DNA from: an uncultured Candidatus Saccharibacteria bacterium
Lineage (GTDB): Bacteria; Patescibacteriota; Minisyncoccia; Phycocordibacterales; UBA918
Direction: 5' to 3'
NCBI GenBank assembly: GCA_964655825.1
Contig: CAZZPW010000003.1
Location: forward strand, 6,109 to 44,295
Length of the DNA: 38,187 nucleotides
Shown here: positions 32,606 through 38,187 of the stretch, piece after piece
Layout of the letters: the number at the start of each line of letters is the position of its first letter
Numbering within the stretch: the stretch's first letter is position 1
The notes under the pieces: model-generated
Seen by the model: the letters and a program-made list of their open reading frames with translations, nothing else
What the model was told of the DNA's origin: nothing
The model's database searches: none
Translations under genes and position numbers: made by a program

Positions 32606-33817
32606 ATGAGAATACTCACCTTTGGCTGGGACTACCCACCAAAACGCAATGGCGGTTTGGGCGTAGCCTGCTATGGGCTAACGCGAGAGCTCCTCAATGA
32701 AGGGGTGGATGTGGTCTACGTACTCCCACGGCGACAGCCAGTCGACGGTGATGGCACGTTTATTTTTGCTGATGATACTCCCGGGCAGACAGTCTACGAG
32801 GTGCCGGTAACGATTGAGCCCTACCAACCGTCCTACGGTCAGGTCTATGTCACCGATGCATACGGTAACAAGTACCCAACCGGGAGTACGCTGCTCGACG
32901 AGGTGCAAAAATTTGCAGCTGCAGCCAAAGATATCGCAGAGCGGGAGCAGTTTGATCTCATCCACGCGCACGATTGGACATCGTATTTAGCCGGCTTAGC
33001 AGCCAAGGCAGTATCGGGTAAGCCACTTATTGTGCACGTGCACGCCACTAGTTTCGATCAGGCTGCTAGCGATAATGTTGACCCGGCTATGTTCGCGGTT
33101 GAGCAGCAAGGTTTTGCTGGCGCTGATGTGGTTGTGACGGTTAGTGAGTACACGAAGCACATTTTAATTACTAAGCATGGTGTAGACCCAGCTAAAATCG
33201 AAGTTATTCATAATGGCGCCGACACCTACGATCCACCACAGCACCAACGGACACTCACGAGCTATACCGACCAAGGGTACAAAATCGTGCTGTACCACGG
33301 ACGCATCACCATTCAAAAGGGTGTCGACTACTTTGTCCGAGCCGCAAAGCGGGTCCTGGCGGTCGAACCAAAGACCATCTTTGTCATTTCTGGCTGGGGT
33401 GATATGCAACAGCAAATAATCGACTTAGTCGGCGAACTTGGTCTTTCGGAGCACGTTATTTTTGCGGGTGCACTATGGGAAGAGGAGCGCGATCGTATGT
33501 ACCAGTCGGCCGACTTAGTGGTGATGCCGTCGGTCTCCGAGCCGTTTGGCTTGATTCCGTTCGAGGCGTTGCAAAATGGTACCCCAACCTTGATTTCAAA
33601 ACAGTCGGGAGTGGGGGAGGTGATGCCACACGTGCTTAAAGCAGATTTCTGGGATATTGAAGAAATTGCGAATCAAATTGTAGCTGCGTTACGGTACCCC
33701 GTCCTAAACCAACAGCTCATTCTTGAAGGTCGTCGCACCCTCCATTTCTTGTCGTGGAGCTTTGTTGCTAAGAAAGTCAAGCGTCTGTACGAACGTCTGG
33801 TACAATACTTAACATAG
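32606..33817 (+). CDS. GT-B glycosyltransferase, glycogen/starch synthase-like (GT4/GT5)
   Basis: MRILTFGWDYPPKRNGGLGVACYGLTREL resembles archaeal-type glycogen synthase N-termini. The C-terminal motif is PSVSEPFGLIPFEALQNGTP. Confidence 0.75.
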   Translation: MRILTFGWDYPPKRNGGLGVACYGLTRELLNEGVDVVYVLPRRQPVDGDGTFIFADDTPGQTVYEVPVTIEPYQPSYGQVYVTDAYGNKYPTGSTLLDEVQKFAAAAKDIAEREQFDLIHAHDWTSYLAGLAAKAVSGKPLIVHVHATSFDQAASDNVDPAMFAVEQQGFAGADVVVTVSEYTKHILITKHGVDPAKIEVIHNGADTYDPPQHQRTLTSYTDQGYKIVLYHGRITIQKGVDYFVRAAKRVLAVEPKTIFVISGWGDMQQQIIDLVGELGLSEHVIFAGALWEEERDRMYQSADLVVMPSVSEPFGLIPFEALQNGTPTLISKQSGVGEVMPHVLKADFWDIEEIANQIVAALRYPVLNQQLILEGRRTLHFLSWSFVAKKVKRLYERLVQYLT

Positions 33818-33820
33818 TCT

Positions 33821-35167
33821 ATGCTCTCTATTTGCCCGTACTTTCACGTTCACCAACCGTATCGCGTCAAACGATATCGAGTGTTTGATATCGGTAACGA
33901 TAGCGAATACTTCAACGACCAGGGGGCTGGCGACCTCAACAATCAGTGGATTATCGATAAAGTGGCGCATAAGTCGTACCGACCGATGATTGCCACGCTG
34001 CAGCACCTGCTTGATGAGCATCCTGAATTTCGTTTCTCGCTTTCGTTTTCCGGTACCGTACTCGATCAATTCGCTGATTATGCGCCCGACGTGCTTGAAG
34101 GCTTTCAAAAACTGGTGAGCTCTGGGCGGGTCGAAGTACTGGCCGATACCTACCACCACTCGCTAGCCTTCTTCTATTCACTACCTGAGTTTGAACGGCA
34201 GGTTGACCTGCACGAGCAGCGAGTCAAATCACTCTTTGGCTACCAACCGCAGGTCTTTCGTAATACGGAGTTGTCCTACCGTAACGACTTGGCCAAATGG
34301 TGCGATGAGCACGGGTACGTAGGCATTATGGCCGAGGGGTGGGAGCCAGTACTCGGGTGGCGGAGCCCCAACTACGTATACAAACCGGTCGGTACCGACA
34401 ACATTAAGTTACTCCTCAAGAACTATAAGCTGTCTGACGATATTGCATTTCGGTTTGGTAACCGAGCGTGGGAGAGTTATCCGCTTTCGGCAGAAACGTA
34501 CGCGGAGTGGGTCCATAGCCACCACGGGGCTGGGCAAACCATTAATCTTTTTATGGACTTTGAGACATTTGGCGAGCACCAGTGGGAGGACACGGGTATC
34601 TTTGGCTTCATGAGCTCACTGCCTGGTATTTTGTTACAACACCCCGACTTTACCTTCCGCACTGCCACCGAAACCTGTGCGGCGCATATGCCCGCCGATG
34701 AAGTTGACGTACCGAGCGTGTTGACGTGGGCCGACACCGATCGAGACCTCACGGCCTGGGTCGGGAATGATATCCAGCGCGATGCTATTGCTGCCACCTA
34801 TCGACTCGAGGACGATATCATGAAGCTCGACGACCCAGCCGTTACCGAGACCTGGCGTAAGCTACAAACCTCAGACCACTTCTACTATATGTGTACGAAA
34901 TGGTTTAACGACGGTGACGTGCACGCGTACTTCTCGCCCTACCAATCCCCATATGACGCGTACATCGCCTTTATGAACGCGCTCAGTGATTTACAATTAC
35001 GAGTACAGCAGGCACTGCAGCAACGAGCAGCTGTTGACCTTCCGGTCATTCAGGTAGGGCGGGTGCCATGGTGGCGACGCCTCATCGACTGGGCTCAAGC
35101 TCTGTTCACTAAGTTCTTCAATCGTTATGCCACGTTCTTCCAAAAAAACTACCAAGAAAACCGCTAA
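33821..35167 (+). CDS. Glycoside hydrolase family 57 protein (alpha-amylase / branching-enzyme family)
   Basis: CPYFHVHQPYR at the N-terminus, IMAEGWEP, MDFETFGEHQWE and LQTSDHFYYM resemble the GH57 conserved regions. It starts 3 nt after the GT stop. Confidence 0.8.
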   Translation: MLSICPYFHVHQPYRVKRYRVFDIGNDSEYFNDQGAGDLNNQWIIDKVAHKSYRPMIATLQHLLDEHPEFRFSLSFSGTVLDQFADYAPDVLEGFQKLVSSGRVEVLADTYHHSLAFFYSLPEFERQVDLHEQRVKSLFGYQPQVFRNTELSYRNDLAKWCDEHGYVGIMAEGWEPVLGWRSPNYVYKPVGTDNIKLLLKNYKLSDDIAFRFGNRAWESYPLSAETYAEWVHSHHGAGQTINLFMDFETFGEHQWEDTGIFGFMSSLPGILLQHPDFTFRTATETCAAHMPADEVDVPSVLTWADTDRDLTAWVGNDIQRDAIAATYRLEDDIMKLDDPAVTETWRKLQTSDHFYYMCTKWFNDGDVHAYFSPYQSPYDAYIAFMNALSDLQLRVQQALQQRAAVDLPVIQVGRVPWWRRLIDWAQALFTKFFNRYATFFQKNYQENR

Positions 35168-35543
35168 AAAAACTACCAAAAAGTCCACTGCCAAAGCAGC
35201 TAAGAAGACAGTCAAAAAAGTCACTAAAAAAGTGGCTAAGAAAGTAGGTAAAAAAACGGCGACCAAAAAAAGCGATAAGCGGGCGCTCGTCTGTGCCAAC
35301 GACGAACACTGTTTTTGGGTAAGCGACGGTCAGGTTCTTAAGAATCTAGAAGAGTTAGCTACTGCGCTTAAAGCGATGCATAAAGATCTCTTTACCTACC
35401 ACGCCAAAGGGCACAGTAACGATTTTGCCGACTGGGTTGAACATGTGTTGGCAGATGAGTCGTGCGCGGCAGAACTCCGAAAGACACGTTCACTAAATGG
35501 TGCACACAAGGTGGTTATTCGTCATCTAAGCTACTACGCGTAA
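35127..35543 (+). CDS. Small protein with an N-terminal Lys/Thr-rich (histone H1-like) tail and a ~85-aa C-terminal domain of unknown function
   Basis: The tail reads MPRSSKKTTKKTAKKTTKKSTAKAAKKTVKKVTKKVAKKVGKKTATKK. The C-terminal part reads CFWVSDGQVLKNLEELATALKAMHKDLFTYHAKGHSNDFADWVEHVLADESCAAEL. It overlaps the GH57 3' end by 41 nt. Confidence 0.6.
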   Translation: MPRSSKKTTKKTAKKTTKKSTAKAAKKTVKKVTKKVAKKVGKKTATKKSDKRALVCANDEHCFWVSDGQVLKNLEELATALKAMHKDLFTYHAKGHSNDFADWVEHVLADESCAAELRKTRSLNGAHKVVIRHLSYYA

Positions 35544-35551
35544 CCGCTACT

Positions 35552-37534
35552 ATGGCTCGTGCCACGACACTCGGTAATGGAAACGTCCTGGTTGGCTTCG
35601 ACTACCGCGGCCAGGTGCGCGATTTTTACTACCCGTACGTTGGGCACGCTAACCACGTCAGCGGTGCCAGTGGTAACTACGTGCATCGCATTGGGGTTTT
35701 TTGTAACGGCGAGATGGCGTGGTTTGAAAATGCCGAGTGGGAGATTGTCGTAGGTTCTGACCCCGACACGCTGGTGGGTGGTTTCGTGGCTACACACCCG
35801 CGGCTCGGGATTCAGGTGGTTGCTAACGACGTTGTGCATAATGAGCACAATGCCCTCATTCGTTCGTTTACGGTCATCAACCAAAATGCAAAAGCGGTAC
35901 AAGGTAAGCTGATGCTCAGTCAGCAGTTTCGGATTAATGAGTCGCGCCGCGGTGATACGGGTATGTACGACCCGCGTGTTAATGCAATCGTGCACTACAA
36001 AGGCGCCACGACGCTCTTGGTTAATGCCATGCATAACGGCGAGCAGTTTAAAGAATATAATATCGGACTCTTTGGGATTGAGGGTAAAGAGGGGACGTAT
36101 CACGATGCGCGCGATGGGGTTCTCGAGGGTAACCCAATCGAGCACGGTTCGGTTGACTCGGTTATGGCGTTACCGTTTACGCTCAAAAAACACGAAAAAA
36201 CGACAGTCGATTACTGGATTGCCTGCGGCCAGACTATTGGTGAGGCTCACGACCTCGACGCACTTATTAAAGAAGAGACGGCAGCGCACTTGCAGCGGTC
36301 AACGCAAAATTACTGGCGAGCGTGGACCGACAAAGAAGCTACCGACCTCTCGCCCCTCGCGGAAGAGCTACAAATTTTGTACCGCCGCTCACTTACCACT
36401 ATTCGCGTGCACACCGATAATCGCGGTGGAATTATCGCGTCGAGCGATACTGACATGCTCCACCACGGGCGCGACACCTACAGCTACGTGTGGCCGCGCG
36501 ATGGCGCTATTGTGGCGCATGCGCTCGATGTAACGGGGTACAGCGACGCTGCCCGACGCTTTTTTACGTTTATAAGCGAGCATGTAGAGCGTGACGGCTA
36601 TTTGATGCACAAGTATCGAAGCGATGGCGCGCTCGGGAGCTCGTGGCACCCCTGGATACTCGATGGCGAGGCAATCCTACCCATCCAAGAGGATGAGACG
36701 GCAACCGTGCTTTATATGCTCTACCAGCACTACGAGCAAGAGAAAGATTTAGAGTACATCGAGTCACTCTACAACCCCTTCATTGAGCCGGCGGCAGACT
36801 TTATGGTGGAGTATATGGAAAGCCGACTAGGTCTACCCGACAACTCATTTGATCTATGGGAAGAGAAGTACGGTATTTCAACCTACACGGCCGCCTCGGT
36901 CTTTGGCGGGTTAACGGCCGCCGCTCACTTTGCACAATTACTCGGTAAGGTCGAAGCCTCACGCACCTACGAAGCGGTCGCACAGCGAATGCAGTCGGCC
37001 ATCCTTGAACACCTCTACGACGACGAGTTGGGGATGTTCATCAAGCACATTCGTACGCATGCAGATGGTGACGACGAGTACGACCGAACCATCGACTCGA
37101 GCAGCTTCTTCGGGCCGATTTATTTTGGAGTCATCGAGCCGACTGACGAGCGTATCGTCCGGGCAGCGGCGGTTATCGAGGAGCGTCTCCGAGTGCGCAG
37201 TAACAGCGACGGCTACATCCGGTACGAGCGCGACAGCTACTACACCATGCACGACGCCGGCTCCCCGAATCCGTGGGTGGTGACGACGATGTGGGTCGCC
37301 CAGTACTACATTATGATTGCCGAGACAGCTGAAGACCTCGTGCGGGCCTACGAACTACTCGAGTGGACCGCTTCGCACGCCACCCCAAGCGGTGTTTTAG
37401 CGGAGCAGATGCACCCGCACACCCGCGAACATCTCTCGACGGCACCGTTAGTGTGGAGTCACGCCGAGTACGTATTGACGGCGCAGGCGTACCTAAAAAA
37501 GTACGCAGCTCTATCTCAAAACGAAGGCCAGTAA
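35552..37534 (+). CDS. Glycoside hydrolase family 15 protein (glucoamylase / related)
   Basis: ATTLGNGNVLVGFDYRGQVRDFYYPYVG at the N-terminus, with YVWPRDGA and FDLWEEKYG as the catalytic-region motifs. Confidence 0.88.
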   Translation: MARATTLGNGNVLVGFDYRGQVRDFYYPYVGHANHVSGASGNYVHRIGVFCNGEMAWFENAEWEIVVGSDPDTLVGGFVATHPRLGIQVVANDVVHNEHNALIRSFTVINQNAKAVQGKLMLSQQFRINESRRGDTGMYDPRVNAIVHYKGATTLLVNAMHNGEQFKEYNIGLFGIEGKEGTYHDARDGVLEGNPIEHGSVDSVMALPFTLKKHEKTTVDYWIACGQTIGEAHDLDALIKEETAAHLQRSTQNYWRAWTDKEATDLSPLAEELQILYRRSLTTIRVHTDNRGGIIASSDTDMLHHGRDTYSYVWPRDGAIVAHALDVTGYSDAARRFFTFISEHVERDGYLMHKYRSDGALGSSWHPWILDGEAILPIQEDETATVLYMLYQHYEQEKDLEYIESLYNPFIEPAADFMVEYMESRLGLPDNSFDLWEEKYGISTYTAASVFGGLTAAAHFAQLLGKVEASRTYEAVAQRMQSAILEHLYDDELGMFIKHIRTHADGDDEYDRTIDSSSFFGPIYFGVIEPTDERIVRAAAVIEERLRVRSNSDGYIRYERDSYYTMHDAGSPNPWVVTTMWVAQYYIMIAETAEDLVRAYELLEWTASHATPSGVLAEQMHPHTREHLSTAPLVWSHAEYVLTAQAYLKKYAALSQNEGQ

Positions 37535-38187
37535 AACCCCATCGGGCCAAGGGAGTGGTACCGACCGATGTTTGTACGACGAATGGAAAAGGCAAGGGCG
37601 CTGCTGTCACACATTCTGCCTATATGCTCAGCGAGACTACGCATGTACGTCCCCGAACTACACGTAACCCGACCGTGCGCGAGTGTGAAGGTGCTGTCTG
37701 GTGACGTTTGGTCTCGCCACGCTTGCCAACGTTGCCGAACGTCTGGACGACGAAAGTCATTACCGAGCGCTTTACGCAGCTCGGTAACGGGTGGAATCGA
37801 CTCAATTTTTTGTAGTGCCTGCTCGTAGACTACGTCGCGCGTGAGTGTCTCGGTGTGTTGCAGCGCGGCTCGATAGATAGTGGTAGTTGTAGTGGGAATG
37901 GTAATTTCGTTGAGTCGACCTTCGGCGGCCCAGGTATGGAGCGGTTTGCCGTTAACTGGCTTGGATGAAAAAGCCGGGTAGGGGAGGGTATGTACGCCCA
38001 GGCATGAACGCAATCCCTGATTAATCGTATACCTGTTAACAGGTATACGTTCAGTATTGTTTTCAATGAGGCCGAGCACATCTCCACTGTCGCTGCTGAG
38101 ACCAAAGAGTATAGTGATGTCGTAGGTTTTATCGAGGGCTTGGTAGTAGGCTTTGCGTTTACACTCTTCGCCAATTAAGACGAGTAA
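37516..38187 (-). CDS. truB: tRNA pseudouridine(55) synthase TruB, 5'-truncated by the window edge
   Basis: The frame is open to the window end (LLVLIGEECKRKAYYQALDKTYDITILFGLSSDSGD...) and contains SSGTYMRSLAEHIG. It overlaps the convergent GH15 3' end by 19 nt. Confidence 0.8.
   Translation of the reverse strand, partial: LLVLIGEECKRKAYYQALDKTYDITILFGLSSDSGDVLGLIENNTERIPVNRYTINQGLRSCLGVHTLPYPAFSSKPVNGKPLHTWAAEGRLNEITIPTTTTTIYRAALQHTETLTRDVVYEQALQKIESIPPVTELRKALGNDFRRPDVRQRWQAWRDQTSPDSTFTLAHGRVTCSSGTYMRSLAEHIGRMCDSSALAFSIRRTNIGRYHSLGPMGFYWPSF

Noticed and set aside
1-38187. tRNA, rRNA, tmRNA, RNase P, SRP RNA genes and mobile elements
   Set aside because: I scanned intergenic regions by eye for T-loop (GGTTCGAAT-like) motifs, for the conserved RNase P, SRP and tmRNA motifs I remember, and for transposase or integrase ORFs. 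I found none. This is a weak negative, and tRNAscan-SE or cmscan should be run, especially on 6874-7260, 25522-25640 and 32169-32286.

Overview
38.2-kb bacterial chromosomal segment, roughly 50% GC by eye, using the standard genetic code (TAA, TAG and TGA all end well-supported genes). It is densely packed with core genes. In order: rnr; rpsP-khpA-[NADAR]-trmD; rpoB-rpoC; dnaG-rpoD; a CBS-pair protein divergent from a CPA2-type antiporter; a UvrD/AddA-type helicase-nuclease; a DsbA-like oxidoreductase; uppP; a minus-strand operon (prmC, small membrane protein, bPH protein, hisS, DEDD exonuclease, coiled-coil protein); an ABC-2 exporter pair; class I aldolase; rpmG; a glycogen-type cluster (GT-B synthase-like, GH57, small Lys-rich protein, GH15); and a 5'-truncated truB at the right edge. 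I call 32 CDS plus one frameshifted gene. By eye I found no rRNA, tRNA, CRISPR array, transposase or integrase. All family calls rest on motifs I recognise from memory, with no database search. The style suggests a reduced genome, possibly Patescibacteria/CPR (Saccharibacteria-like), but that is a guess; the cues are missing rimM/rplS/rplJL around conserved operons, Lys-rich tails, very few Shine-Dalgarno sites, and -10 boxes a few nt from start codons. I did not find a convincing multi-gene novel system. The items most worth a second look are: (1) a near-identical 89-bp tandem duplication full of palindromes at 51-245; (2) a conserved ~100-nt module or 33-codon mini-ORF directly after the stop codons of rpoD and uppP, with a remnant next to the NADAR gene; (3) a frameshifted YkuD/Tlde1-like L,D-transpeptidase-fold gene between rpoC and dnaG; (4) an orphan barstar-like ORF bracketed by hairpins; (5) a terminator-flanked NADAR cassette where rimM normally sits; (6) a DnaG whose zinc-ribbon ligands are mostly substituted; (7) nearly identical Lys/Thr-rich tails on sigma-70 and on a small unknown protein inside the glycogen cluster; (8) a pervasive extended -10 (TGGTAnnnT), near-leaderless promoter architecture.
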